From Planktothrix sp. GU0601_MAG3 (GTDB lineage Bacteria > Cyanobacteriota > Cyanobacteriia > Cyanobacteriales > Microcoleaceae), in assembly GCA_035193785.1 (NCBI GenBank), contig CP136572.1, forward strand, positions 1,652,578 to 1,716,577: a stretch of DNA of 64,000 nucleotides, read 5' to 3'. Below are positions 34,914 through 46,245 of the stretch, piece by piece. The notes under the pieces were generated by a model. The model saw only the letters and a list, made by a program, of their open reading frames with translations, was not told the DNA's origin and ran no database searches. How positions within the stretch are numbered: the first letter of the stretch is position 1; the number at the start of each line of letters is the position of its first letter. A program made the translations under genes and the position numbers.

Positions 34914-35104
34914 AAGGTTGTGCTGCGACGTTGGTGATTTACCGATATGTTTTTTTGATCTATAGCTTTAAGAATACGGGAGCCAAGAGAATTGCAGGCG
35001 GCAGTAAACCGAGCTTAGACTCGGAAACTTTAAGTCTGGTCGAGGTACCCACCTGGTTTTGCCCAGGTCAAAAGCTGAGGTAACACGGCGTTGCGGTTGG
35101 CCTT
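34914..35104 (+). ncRNA. ssrS: 6S RNA (ssaA/ssrS)
   Basis: About 190-nt intergenic stretch whose ends pair (GCTGCGACGTTGGTG..TTACC with GGTAACACGGCGTTGCGGT); internal CGGGAGCC, GGCGGCA and GGTACCCACCTG..CAGG motifs typical of 6S RNA; strong promoter upstream. Confidence 0.8.
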
Positions 35105-35131
35105 ATTAATCAAGTTCTCAAACGATCGAAA

Positions 35132-35876
35132 CTATAATAAGCCGTCCATTTCCAAATCTTCAATAATTTGTAGTCCTCGCGGATCACCAACTCTTAATAA
35201 TGATGATTTGGCATCATCTTTGACCCCTACATCCCCATCTTCTTCCAAGGCTTCAATTAAGGCATCAATAGCCACGGCATAAACAACATTAGAGGGTAGT
35301 TCTCGACAGAGTTGCCCCAGTGCCCAGGCGCAGTTACTTCTAACCGCCGGAACCGGATCTTGACGGAGGGCTTCAATCATGGGGGGAATTGCCCGAATTA
35401 CCGTATCATAACTCACTTTCGCCATTTGACCGAGGGAACTCGCTGCCCACAGACGCACGGCGGGAATATCGGTTTTTAGGGCATCTAACAGGGGTTCTAA
35501 AGCTCGGCGATCGCCACAGGTTTCCTAAAGCCCAAACCACCCCCTTACGGACATAACCATTCCAGTCCTGATGTAGTTGCGTAATCAACGCTTCCACCAC
35601 TTGGGAATTAGAATTGCGTCCCAGGGCATAGGCCACACTCACCCGCACCAAAGGGCAACTATCCTTCAACAGCCCAATTAAACTAGGAATAGCCCGCCCG
35701 TCCTTAATTTCACAAAATGCCCGGGCGGCAATCATACGTTGTTGCGGTTCAGGTGAGGTTAACAACAGCAACATTTCCTCTGGATCGGGCTTGGCTACCT
35801 CGCCATCATCCAATTGATCCAAAGGACTTTCTAAGGGGTCTTGAGTATTAGTTACGATCAGTTTTTCATCCTCCAT
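35132..35876 (-). CDS. HEAT-repeat (PBS lyase-like) protein (frameshift near 35520)
   Basis: Repeated VR...A.ALG motifs. Confidence 0.85.
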
Positions 35877-35989
35877 ATCATTAATTTACAGCAATTTGTC
35901 ACCGTTGATGTCATCAATTCTAGGGAAGTTCAACCTACTTGTATTATAAAACTTCACTGAGAACATAGTCAAATCTGCTATACTGTAGC

Positions 35990-36420
35990 CAGAAAGTGAT
36001 CAAATACTGCCAAATAATTAGGAGTTAGCTGCCGAGTCCCATGGCGTTTTTTTGGTGGAAGTCTAACAAAAAAAACTACCTCATCCCGCCAGACAAACTG
36101 AAAGCAAAAGGATTGCGGTTAATTTCACCCCAATCACTATAGAAAATCGTGATAAACTTGCCAGATAAGGTAGAGGATTATCTACATAAAGCCAGTCGAT
36201 TGATTGTAGATTATTTGGTGTTTCATCAAATTGGCAATTTAGTCATTGGTAAAAACCTAGAACGAATTTGTAGGAGACTTTATCAGTCGTCTACGGAGAA
36301 ACGATTCAATGCCGATGTCAATGGCTGGTTGAATATTATTAGTTCCTCAGTTCCACAAGCTTTTAGCTAGACTTAGGTAAAGCCGTCCTCCGCTTCGCTG
36401 GCGTGACGGGGTTTCAAACC
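35990..36420 (+). pseudogene. Degraded IS200/IS605 tnpB remnant
   Basis: DYLHKASRLIVDY...LVIGKN fused directly to RRLYQSSTEKRFNADVNG.LNII, implying a large internal deletion. Confidence 0.7.
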
Positions 36421-36430
36421 AAATTTTCCG

Positions 36431-37700
36431 ATGAAAATTACATCCGACAAAGAAAATCGTAAAAGCCCTCTCTGGAGCCTGTTTCTATTGATAATTGGGG
36501 GTGGGTTAGCTTTGATGGGTGATCGCTGGTTAGCCACCCGCACCGCTTCAACCGTTTCCGCCCTCAATAGCTCAAACCCCTGCCGAAACTGCCCCCTCTC
36601 CCGCCGTTAATTTCAACAGTCAAGCCAATTCTGTCTCCAGTCCGACTAGCTGGTTGGCTCAAAAAGTGGCTGCAAAGCCCGTGGATTCTAACTTTATTGT
36701 CGATGCAGTTAAGGAAATTGGGCCGGCTGTGGTTCGGATCAATGCCTCTCGTCAAGCCACCCGCCGAGGATTTGATCAGTTTGAAAATGGCTTTCCCGAG
36801 GAATTTTTTGGGGCGACTCCCCCCAGACGCCGTTCTGATCGCCCGATTGAACAGGGGACGGGCTCCGGGTTTATTCTTTCGGCCGATGGCGTAATTATGA
36901 CCAACTCCCACGTTGTCGAAGGGACTGATCGGGTGCAGGTGGTTTTAAAAGATGGCCGTCGCTTCGATGGCAAGGTATTGGGCTCGGATGCGGTGACGGA
37001 TGTGGCCGTAATTAAAATTAATGCTGATAATTTGCCTAGCGTTAAAATTGGCGATTCTGAGGCCCTATCCCCTGGGGAATGGGCGATCGCCATTGGTAAT
37101 CCATTAGGATTGGATAATTCGGTGACGGTGGGAATTATTAGCGCCACCGGACGGTCGAGTAGTGATATTGGTGTTCCTGATAAACGAATTGGCTTTATTC
37201 AAACCGATGCGGCGATTAACCCCGGAAACTCTGGGGGGCCACTACTAAATGCCAATGGAGAGGTGATCGGAATGAATACAGCAATTATTAGTGGTGCTCA
37301 AGGTTTAGGCTTTGCCATTCCAATTAATAAAGCTCAACAAATTGCCCAACAATTAGCCACAACTGGACGGGCTGAACACGCCTATTTAGGAATTGAAATG
37401 GTCACACTCAGCCCGGAATTATATCAAGAATTGAAAGAAACTCCTGATTTAGAGTTTCCCGTTACTCAAGATAGTGGTGTTTTAATTGTCAAGATTATTC
37501 CCGGTTCTCCAGCGATGAAATCTGGATTAAAACCAGGAGATATTATTGTGAAAATTGATGAAAAACCTATTATAAAATCAGATACTGTTCAAGAATTAGT
37601 TCAAAATAAAAATGTCGGAATCCCCATGAAAGTAGAGTTAAACCGTCAAGGAAAACCCCTAATATTAGAGGTGAAAACAGGTAATATGCCGCAGGGGTAG
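36431..37700 (+). CDS. HtrA/HhoA/HhoB-family serine protease with PDZ domain (frameshift near 36595)
   Basis: N-terminal [34 protein letters not shown]. Confidence 0.93.
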
Positions 37701-37703
37701 GGC

Positions 37704-38114
37704 GGGGGGAGCAGGGGGAGCAGGGGAAGTAAGGAGAGTAGGGGGAGCAGGGGGAGCAGGGGGAGCAGGGGGAGCAGGGGGAGCAGGGGGAGCAGGGGGA
37801 GCAGGGGGAGCAGGGGGAGCAGGGGGAGCAGGGGGAGCAGGGGGAGCAGGGGGAGCAGGGGGAGCAGGGGGAGCAGGGGGAGCAGGGGGAGCAGGGGAGG
37901 TAAACTTTTGCTATTACCCATTCGTAATTCGTAATTCCCCATTCGTAATTCGTAATTCCCTATTCCCTATTCCCTATTCCCTATTCCCTATTCCCTATTC
38001 CCTATTCCCTATTCCCTATTCCCTATTCCCTATTCCCTATTTCCTGTTCCCTGTTCCCTGTTCCCTGTTCCCTGTTCCCTGTTCCCTGTTCCCTGTTCCC
38101 TGTTCCCTGTTCCC
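37704..38114. repeat. Compound tandem repeat: (GGGGGAGCA)n then (TTCGTAA), (TTCCCTA)n, (TTCCCTG)n
   Basis: Directly visible. Confidence 0.95.
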
Positions 38115-38172
38115 TTTCGCACTAATTTAATGATTTCATATAAGTTATTTATTGTTGAATGTAAGGAGGTTT

Positions 38173-38703
38173 ATGGGCGAGGTTTTAGCGATTTCTGAAT
38201 TGGGAAATCCAGTTTTACGGCATTATGCTGATCCGATAAATAATGTTAGGGAGGAGCGAATTCAAACCTTAATTGATAATTTAATTATTACCGCATCTCA
38301 AGCTAATGGTGTGGGAATTGCCGCGCCCCAAGTAGGAATTAGCGATCGCTTATTTATTATTGCCTCCCGTCCGACATTGCGCTATCCTAACGCACCTATA
38401 ATGGAACCCACGGCCATGATTAACCCTAAAATTATTAACCATTATCACGAAATAATTAAAGACTGGGAAGGCTGTTTAAGTGTCCCTGGAATTAGGGGAT
38501 TAGTTCCTCGTTATCAAGCCATAGAAGTTGAATATACCAACCGAGAAGGGGAATTATGCTATCAACAATTAACGGATTTTGTCGCTCGAATTTTTCAGCA
38601 TGAACTCGATCATTTGAATGGAATTGTATTTGTAGATCGGGTGGAAAGTACCCAGGATCTGTGCACTGAAACCGAATATCAAAAACGGATCACGGATTTT
38701 TAG
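38173..38703 (+). CDS. def: Peptide deformylase
   Basis: GVGIAAPQVG, EGCLSVP, QHELDHLNG; RBS AAGGAGG before ATG 38173. Confidence 0.96.
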   Translation: MGEVLAISELGNPVLRHYADPINNVREERIQTLIDNLIITASQANGVGIAAPQVGISDRLFIIASRPTLRYPNAPIMEPTAMINPKIINHYHEIIKDWEGCLSVPGIRGLVPRYQAIEVEYTNREGELCYQQLTDFVARIFQHELDHLNGIVFVDRVESTQDLCTETEYQKRITDF

Positions 38704-39016
38704 GGATTTCGCTGATTTCACAGATTAGATTTGTTTCTAATCTTTGAAATCTGTATCAGTGATATGGATTTTTAGGGATTTCGCTGATTTCACAGATTAG
38801 ATTTGTTCTAATCCGTGAAATCTGTGTAATCCATCTAAATCAGTGATATGGATTTTTAGGGATTTCGCTGATTTCACAGATTAGATTTGTTCTAATCCGT
38901 GAAATCTGTGTAATCCATCTAAATCAGTGATATGGATTTTTAGGGATTTCGCTGATTTCACAGATTAGATTTGTTCTAATCCGTGATATCTGTGTAATCC
39001 ATCTAAATCAGTGATA
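38689..39016. repeat. Tandem array of four palindromic units (one 72-bp spacing, then 84-bp spacings)
   Basis: GGATTTTTAGGGATTTCGCTGATTTCACAGATTAG starts at 38694, 38766, 38850 and 38934. Confidence 0.92.
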
Positions 39017-39090
39017 TTGGTTTTGCGGAATAGTTCCATTGATTATTGTAGAATGTTTATAAGTCAATTACAAGGAAATTAATTAACGCC

Positions 39091-39660
39091 ATGACTATTA
39101 ATTTAAATAAAGGTGAACGCATTAGCCTGTCCAAAGAAGCACCTGGGCTGAAAAAAGCCGGGGTGGGATTAGGATGGGATACTAACGCTTCTGATACCGG
39201 GGCTGCTTTTGACTTAGATGTGTCGGTATTTATGATTGGGAGTAATGGGAAAATTCCTAACGAACAATATTTCATATTTTATAATAACTTAAAATCTCCC
39301 GATGGTTCAGTAGAATCTTTAGGAGATGATCGCACCGGAGAAGGAGGCGGGGATGATGAAACAGTTTTTGTTGAGTTGAATACCGTTGATCCTAATATTC
39401 AAGAAATTGTCTTTGTTGTGACTATTTACGAAGCCGAAAACAGAAGACAAAACTTCGGACAAGTTCGCAATTCTTACATCCGAATTTACAACAATGAAAC
39501 CGACGTCGAGATCACCCGCTATGATTTAGAGGAGGATTTTTCCCGAGAAACCGCCATCGAAATCGGTCGCCTCTATCGCAAAGATGGTGAATGGAGATTT
39601 CAAGCCGTTGGACAAGGTTATAATTCAGGTTTAGAAGCCTTTGTTCAACAGTATACTTAA
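39091..39660 (+). CDS. TerD family stress protein
   Basis: GLGWD, FDLD, GDDRTGEGGGDDE, QNFGQV, EWRFQAVGQG. Confidence 0.93.
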   Translation: MTINLNKGERISLSKEAPGLKKAGVGLGWDTNASDTGAAFDLDVSVFMIGSNGKIPNEQYFIFYNNLKSPDGSVESLGDDRTGEGGGDDETVFVELNTVDPNIQEIVFVVTIYEAENRRQNFGQVRNSYIRIYNNETDVEITRYDLEEDFSRETAIEIGRLYRKDGEWRFQAVGQGYNSGLEAFVQQYT

Positions 39661-39721
39661 TTAGTTTTAGGGTTAACCGTTAACCCGATTTTTTGTTCAC
39701 AATTTCAGGAATTGATTAACC

Positions 39722-40291
39722 ATGTCAATTAATATTAAAAAAGGCGAAAGAATCAGTTTATCGAAAGAAGCTCCCGGGTTACAAAGAGCCTCCATTGGTT
39801 TAGGATGGGATGTCAATTCTAGTGATACTGGAACAGCCTTTGATTTAGATGCTTCTGTATTTATGTTGGCAGAAGATGGTAAAATTCCCGTTGATGAATA
39901 TTTCGTATTTTATAATAACTTAATCTCCCCCGATCAATCCGTTAAACATTTAGGAGATAGTCGCACAGGGGAAGGAAGCGGGGATGATGAAACCATCGTT
40001 GTTGATTTAGCAAAAATTAATCCTAACATCCAAGAATTAATTTTTGTGGTTACTATTCACGATGCTGACCAACGGCGGCAAAACTTCGGACAGGTGAAGA
40101 ATTCCTATATCAGAATTTCTGATGACGACACTCAAACCGAAGTCATAAAATATGATTTAGAAGAAGACTTTTCCCGGGAAACCGCCGTGGAATTTGGCAG
40201 ATTATATCTCAAAAATGGCGAATGGAGATTTCAAGCCGTAGGACAGGGTTATAATGCGGGTTTACAAAGTTTTGTAGACAAATACGTTTAA
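39722..40291 (+). CDS. TerD family stress protein (paralog)
   Basis: Same TerD motifs; tandem paralog of the previous gene. Confidence 0.93.
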   Translation: MSINIKKGERISLSKEAPGLQRASIGLGWDVNSSDTGTAFDLDASVFMLAEDGKIPVDEYFVFYNNLISPDQSVKHLGDSRTGEGSGDDETIVVDLAKINPNIQELIFVVTIHDADQRRQNFGQVKNSYIRISDDDTQTEVIKYDLEEDFSRETAVEFGRLYLKNGEWRFQAVGQGYNAGLQSFVDKYV

Positions 40292-40313
40292 TTTATTTTT
40301 GAGGATTTTAACC

Positions 40314-40911
40314 ATGGCGATTAACTTAAAAAAAGGTCAAAGTATCATTCTCGATAAAAGCGAATATGACCTATCCAAAATGGTCATGGGCTTAGGTTGG
40401 GATGTGTCTAAAAAAGGAATATTTGGCGGAATATTTAGCGGATCTGCCGATTTTGATTTAGATGGATTTGCCCTATTATTAGATGAGCGAGGAAAATTAA
40501 AAAATCAGCAAGAAGATGTGATTTATTTCGGACATTTAGCCACAAGAAATAATACCGTTGTTCATTCAGGAGACAACCTCACCGGAGAAGGATCGGGGGA
40601 TGATGAACGAATTATTATTGATTTCAAAACCCTTCCTCAAACCTATCACCAAATTATTTTAGGGGTGAATATATACCACGCTGAAGACCGCCAACAAAAC
40701 TTCGAGATGGTCAAAAATGCCTTTGTTAGAGCTATAGACGCTAAGGGTAAAGAAATTGCTCGTTATAGTCTTTCCGGTGAACCCGCTTACTCAGGACAAA
40801 CTTCTATGTTACTGGGGGAAACTCTCTCAAGAAAACGGACAATGGAAATTTAAAGCATTAGGAACACCATTAAAAAGTAATTTAAACGGGGTTATTCGTT
40901 CCTTTTTGTAA
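40314..40911 (+). CDS. TerD/TerZ family protein (frameshift near 40820)
   Basis: MAINLKKGQ, GLGWD, HSGDNLTGEGSGDDE; ends GQWKFKALG...RSFL* in the shifted frame. Confidence 0.88.
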
Positions 40912-41131
40912 TCGATTTATAGCAGGGAACACCGGAACAGGGGGAAAAGATTTCACCGTAAAGGTTTTAGCATCAGGTGATGGAGACTGCTATATTCTCA
41001 AAAATTAGGGGCGAAGTATTCAGATCTTAAATGATGGTTTGATCATCACTTTCTATCCAAATTCTCCGCCCCTAGAACCGATAAATTTTCAACACTATAT
41101 TAATAATATGGGTGTTGAAAATCGGTTTACC

Positions 41132-41885
41132 CTAGCGTTTGCGATAGGGAAACCATGGTTTCAATATTGATATCACCTAAAGAAATGCGAGTCACCGGGG
41201 TAACGGTAGGAGTAACTAAACCCAGGAACTGTGCGGGATCGCCAGCTTTGAGTTGTTTTTCTTGGGGAACAAAACGACGAACCGCATTTTGCCAAACCAG
41301 TTGGGGGAAGCCGAGTTGGTTCCGGTGGTACTCGTTGTAACGAGGGGTTTTCAGGTTAAAGGGAACTTCCCCTTGGTTGCGTTGTAGCAGTACCCGACGA
41401 CGTTGGTAGGGAACCGTGTCATACCCGAAATTATCCAGGTATTCATCGCTATCGAGCAACTCATCAATAAACCCTTTAGGGCCTTTGTTAGCAACCACAA
41501 TCGACCAAGCGATCTTCTCACGCTCACTATAAACATCCCGTCCTAAGACGCGCTGGACAACCAACTCGACGAAACGGTAGTTACTGTTGGTTTGGTAATT
41601 GCGATTCAGGAAGGGCTCGGAAATCACTAAACCCCGAATAAAATCCCGGACGCTAATTTGGCCAAACTTCAACTGAGACTCTAAGAGAGTTTGACGGCTG
41701 CTTTTGAGCATTTGATGTTCACTGTAAATCTGGCGATAAGCAGCCCAAATGATGTCATCCCATTCGGAAGCCGAAGGCATATTTTCAGTTGTAAACACTC
41801 TGGGTTGTTCATCACCGGCTACTTCAAAGCCAGCCACGCGAACATTGCGGCTAGTAGGGCCATAGCTTAATAAAGGAAGCGCCAC
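41132..41885 (-). CDS. cpcG: Phycobilisome rod-core linker CpcG
   Basis: GTG start MALPLLSY with AAGGAG RBS; AAYRQI, SNYRFVE, EYLDNFG, VPYQRRR; terminal frameshift, likely ending VPYRKR*. Confidence 0.93.
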
Positions 41886-42199
41886 CTTAAATATCTCCTT
41901 AATTTTGAAGGTCAACTTTATTTTTTATCTTGTGGTCAGATGTTGCCCCGATCGCTCAGAGCTTTAGAGCGACAGGCTTGGCTATAGTACAGATTAGGGG
42001 ATTACGGCAACTCATCTGGCATTTTTCTGAACCAATGCAACAATATGTAACATTTTTTGATACCGGACACCCGATCCCTATTGTGCTACAATGAAACTCA
42101 AATCCCCTAGGGGGGGATAATTGTCAAGATATATTAAATTATGATAGTCTACTTAATAAATCTTAAAGATCTTGCCCAACATACTAATTAGGTTCTATT

Positions 42200-42901
42200 T
42201 TGACTACTACTCAACCAATTCAGCCCACCTCTCGATTGCTTCAGAGAATTCTAGCCAAAGTTAGGGTCTCCCAGACTTGGCTAGTGTTTTTCGCCTCGGT
42301 GTTTCTCGTGACTGTCCCGGTGTTTTTTCAAGCACCCCTAGTGCGACAATGGCCAGAATTTAGCGTGCTCCTCACCTTGGGATGGCTAGGAATTAGCTGG
42401 AGATTAATCAGACAACCCGCCACTTGGGTTTGGGGGGACTTATTATTAGGATTTAGTTGGAGTTGGTTTACAGGGGCAATCTATTGGGGTTGGTTACGCT
42501 GGGAACCCCTATTACATTTACCCGTAGAAGCTATAGGTGTCCCCTTTGCCGTCTGGTGTTTATATCGAGGCTGGGGAAAGGTCGGAAACTGGTTTTATTT
42601 GGGTTCCCTATTTGGAACGGCGGTCACGGACGGATATTTTTATATCGCCGGGTTAATTCCCAGTTGGCGTCAACTGATGCACGTTGAACCCGCCTTAGCT
42701 TTACCCATTTTTCAAAACGCCCTGCAAATAGTTACTACCCCCTGGGGAATTAGTTGGGCCGTCGGATTTGCCCTATTTTTATTTGGAGTTGGTATTTTTC
42801 CGTTACAATCAGAAGAAAAACATTGGTGGGCCTTTGGGGGGGCGGTATTGAGTACAATTTTGGTAGATAGTTTATTTTTGGTTGCGGCTTGTTTAGCCTA
42901 A
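42200..42901 (+). CDS. DUF3120-type cyanobacterial membrane protein
   Basis: VPVFFQAPLVR, GAIYWGWLRWEPLLHLPVEA, GTAVTD. Confidence 0.8.
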   Translation: MTTTQPIQPTSRLLQRILAKVRVSQTWLVFFASVFLVTVPVFFQAPLVRQWPEFSVLLTLGWLGISWRLIRQPATWVWGDLLLGFSWSWFTGAIYWGWLRWEPLLHLPVEAIGVPFAVWCLYRGWGKVGNWFYLGSLFGTAVTDGYFYIAGLIPSWRQLMHVEPALALPIFQNALQIVTTPWGISWAVGFALFLFGVGIFPLQSEEKHWWAFGGAVLSTILVDSLFLVAACLA

Positions 42902-43024
42902 TTTAACCACAAAGGTACAAGGACACAAAGAATACAAATCTATCGTAAATGTGCGACGATTAGGGAATTTTTATCTTTGTAAAGATTGTTTTTTTACCCT
43001 TAAATATAATTCTTGTTTCGGTTT

Positions 43025-43403
43025 ATGGCTACATCAAAACGTGATTCTGAGAATAAGGTGAACTCCGGGGGAAACCGTGTGGTTTATTCGGAATTTGGAG
43101 CGGGAACAAATTCAGCGGCTTTAGAGCGTTCTCAAGGTTCTGTTTCTGAGATCCCCCCGAATCAACATAACTTGAAAGTCCAAGCAACTCGTTCAGGACG
43201 CAAGGGAAAAACTGTAACGGTAATTAGCGGATTTCAAGTTAAACCGGAAACCTTGGAATTGTTAGTTAAACAGTTAAAATCCCAATGTGGAGCGGGGGGA
43301 AACGGTTAAGGAAAATACGATTGAAATTCAAGGAGATCATCGTCCGAAAGTGATGGAAACTTTGATAAAATTAGGATATAAAGCTAAAATTAGTGGGGGA
43401 TAA
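43025..43403 (+). CDS. yciH: Translation initiation factor SUI1/YciH (frameshift near 43300)
   Basis: RSGRKGKTVTVI, LKSQCGAGG, IEIQGDH. Confidence 0.9.
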
Positions 43404-43418
43404 ATCAGTAAACGCTTG

Positions 43419-44033
43419 ATGTTTGAAATTCCAGTTCATGAAACTTTTCAATCGACGATTCAAGGAGAAGGATATTGGGTCGGAACTCCTGTAGACTTTA
43501 TTCGCTTGGCAGGTTGTCCGGTTCGTTGTCCCTGGTGTGATACGGGTTATGGGGATGGGGGAATGAATTTACCCCGTCAAGTTAGATCTTTTGATTCGTT
43601 AATTGCAGAATTGCGATCGCCAAAGGTGGTAATATCTGGGGGAGAACCCTTGATTTATGCCCAACTTACAGAGTTAATTCAAACTATTGAAGCGACGGGA
43701 AGAACCGTTTCTATTGAAACATCGGGTTCTTTTTGGCAAGATATTCCTAATTCTGTTTGGGTAACTTTAAGTCCAAAACATCATGTTAGTCCGAAATATC
43801 CTGTAATTCCGTTAATCTGGAAACGAGCAAACGAGATTAAACTGGTGATTGAAACCGGGTCTGAATTAGAATTTTATGCTGAATATTTGGAGCATAATGA
43901 TCAAATTCCCGTCTTTCTACAACCAGAATGGACTCAACGCGATCGCACTTTACCTTTAGTTTTAGAATTATTAAAAAAATTTCCCCACTATCGGTTATCA
44001 GTGCAAATTCATAAATGGTTACAAGTTCCTTAA
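43419..44033 (+). CDS. queE: 7-carboxy-7-deazaguanine synthase (radical SAM)
   Basis: [40 protein letters not shown]. Confidence 0.9.
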   Translation: MFEIPVHETFQSTIQGEGYWVGTPVDFIRLAGCPVRCPWCDTGYGDGGMNLPRQVRSFDSLIAELRSPKVVISGGEPLIYAQLTELIQTIEATGRTVSIETSGSFWQDIPNSVWVTLSPKHHVSPKYPVIPLIWKRANEIKLVIETGSELEFYAEYLEHNDQIPVFLQPEWTQRDRTLPLVLELLKKFPHYRLSVQIHKWLQVP

Positions 44034-44234
44034 TTTAAAATTAGGTAATGGGTAATGATTAATAATAATTTATTTTTCGAGTGTTCTAATAAGAGCAATC
44101 ATATTTTAGCTATATCCAGACCTTTTTTCCAAATTATTAAGCCTTGAAAATTATTTCCTTCAGATCTAAAACAAACCTATTTCTTTACCCATTACCCATT
44201 ACCCATTACCCATTACCCATTCCCTGTTATAACT

Positions 44235-44759
44235 ATGAAATCAGAATTTCGTTCCCACTATCCTCAAGAATGGCTAGAAAAAAAAACGATTCCCTATCGC
44301 AATGTTGTGGGAGTGAATGAACAAGTTTATCGAGAATCCTTAACCTTTAATTATACCATTAAAACCACTGTACACCGTCAACATTTTAATCCGCCGATTT
44401 GGAAAGATTGCCATTTTCATAATTTTGAAATTACCTTAGAATTGCAAGCCGTTAGACACCCAGAGGATTTGTATGGGTTGGATATGGTAGAAATGGAAAA
44501 TCAACTAGAAGTTTGGGCAAAACAGTTACCCGAAATTATTAATGATCATCCCCTATGTCCCCATGGAACTACGGAGGAAATGTGTCTATATTTTTCTCGA
44601 ATTCCCATTGATAATCATATCCAAATTATGCGGGTGAGTGTGTCAGAAACTCCCAACCGAGTTACCACTTTAGCTTCTTCCGCAAGAAGCCCCACGACTG
44701 ACCCGATAGGGCAGCGTGGGATGAATTGCGGTCAGGGATTATCGGAACAATCAGGTTGA
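44235..44759 (+). CDS. QueD-like (6-carboxytetrahydropterin synthase, T-fold) protein; 3' end runs into the IS left end
   Basis: H..H / CHFHNF, IND, TTEE and VSETP pattern next to queE; last ~25-30 aa are encoded by IS sequence. Confidence 0.6.
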   Translation: MKSEFRSHYPQEWLEKKTIPYRNVVGVNEQVYRESLTFNYTIKTTVHRQHFNPPIWKDCHFHNFEITLELQAVRHPEDLYGLDMVEMENQLEVWAKQLPEIINDHPLCPHGTTEEMCLYFSRIPIDNHIQIMRVSVSETPNRVTTLASSARSPTTDPIGQRGMNCGQGLSEQSG

Positions 44760-44769
44760 TTTTGATTCT

Positions 44770-44940
44770 CGATATATCGTCTAATTTACAATCCCACTTT
44801 TGAAGTAATTCTTCAAGGATTTCATGTAGCCGATTCAGCATTTCAAGAGTAAAAACCCTCCGTCTGTATTTGGTCGTCAAAACCAAGTGAACCTTGAGAT
44901 CGCTAACAGATCTACTTTTACTGACAAAATCATTTTTCAT
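44770..44940 (-). pseudogene. tnpA: Truncated Y1 transposase TnpA
   Basis: MKNDFVSKSRSVSDLKVHLVLTTKYRR... ends before the HUH and catalytic Tyr motifs. Confidence 0.82.
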
Positions 44941-45018
44941 GATTCCCCACATTTTAAAACTTGTGCTATAGTCAGTGTATAGCAAAATCAGAACACCCGA
45001 CCGAGGAGGTGATTTAAA

Positions 45019-46200
45019 GTGCTGAAGGCAACAAAGGTTAGGCTCTATCCAACAGCCGAACAGGAATTGGCGTTAGCCAAGTCATTCGGTTGTGTAAGAT
45101 GGTATTGGAATTTTGCCTTAAACGCCTGTATTCAGCACTATCAAGAAACAGGTAAGAGCCTAAAGTTAGCATCTTATAAGGGAATGCTCCCTCAACTCAA
45201 AAAAGAATATCCTTGGCTCAAAGAAGATTGCTACTCATCGGTTTCTCCAATGTGTAGCTATAAACTTAGATAGAGCTTACAAAAACTTTTTTGAGGGACG
45301 AGCTAAATTTCCTAATTTCAAATCTAAACATCACAAGCAATCAATTCAGTATCCTCAAAGTGTTACTGTTAACGGTGAATATCTAAAAGTCCCTAAGATT
45401 GGTGAAATTAAAGCGATATTTCACAGAGAAATTACGGGGAAAATTAAAACAGTAACAATCTCCAAGACTTCGACTGATAAATACTTTGCTTCCCTCTTAT
45501 GTGAGGTAGAAGGAACTGACATTAAACAGTCGGGAGACAACATTATTGGGATTGATTTAGGGTTGAAAGATTTCGCAATTACTCACAATGGAGAGAAGGC
45601 AACTAAATATGCCAACCCTAAACATTTATATCGTCATCAGAAAAATTTAGCCCAAAAACAGAAAAAACTCTCTCGAAAAACTAAAGGTAGTAAATCGAGA
45701 GAGAAATTTAGAAAAACTGTAGCTAAGGTTCATGAGAAAATCACCAATTCCCGCCAAGATTTCTTGCATAAATTATCAAGAAAATTGGTAAACGAAAGCC
45801 AAGTCATTGTCGTTGAAAACCTCAATGTCAAGGGAATGGTTAAAAACCGGAAGCTATCAAAAGCAATATCTGATGTGAGTTGGGGAAAATTTGTCAATTT
45901 TATTGATTACAAGTTAAAACAAAAAAGTGGTGAACTTGTAGAAATTGATCGCTTCTTCCCTAGTTCCAAAACCTGCTCCTGTTGTGGTCATATCCTAGAT
46001 GAATTATCTCTGGATATCAGAGAATGGGACTGTCCAAATTGCCATACTCACCATGACCGAGATATTAACGCTGCGCTTAACATCTCCGAATGAAGGAATC
46101 AGGATATTAACTGAAGGCGGAGGGAAACCCCGTCTTTGCCGATGGAGGCTGTGTAAGTCTACCTGCTTGTAAAAGTAAGGGGCATCGGTCTGTGAATTCG
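45019..46200 (+). CDS. tnpB: TnpB RNA-guided nuclease (frameshifts near 45245 and 46085; end approximate)
   Basis: HTH RLYPT..Q / FGCVRWYWN; GIDLG, VVENLNV, SSKTCSCCG..WDCPNC..HDRDINAA. Confidence 0.88.
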
Positions 46201-46245
46201 CTGATCCTGCACCGACCCGATTAGGGCGGTGTAGGTAGTTCACAC

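Larger units (their letters stand above)
44670..46243 (+). mobile_element. IS200/IS605-family element (truncated tnpA, divergent tnpB); left boundary approximate
   Basis: Left hairpin CCCACGACTGACCCGATAGGGCAGCGTGGG; right hairpin CCTGCACCGACCCGATTAGGGCGGTGTAGG followed by TAGTTCAC. Confidence 0.88.

Noticed and set aside
35091..35282. 63-aa plus-strand ORF and similar short antisense ORFs (e.g. 5921, 10764, 27323, 29942, 36776, 48384, 58158)
   Set aside because: Shadow frames opposite or within well-supported genes, with no motifs or RBS
37646..37942. (LPL)n ORF on the minus strand
   Set aside because: Translation of the 9-bp GGGGGAGCA repeat; overlaps the htrA-like 3' end
38689..39016. CRISPR array
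   Set aside because: Units are repeated in full with no unique spacers, and there are no cas genes in the window
39091..40911. terD cluster as a novel defence system
   Set aside because: Tandem TerD/TerZ paralogs are a well-known, common arrangement; no unusual partner genes are adjacent
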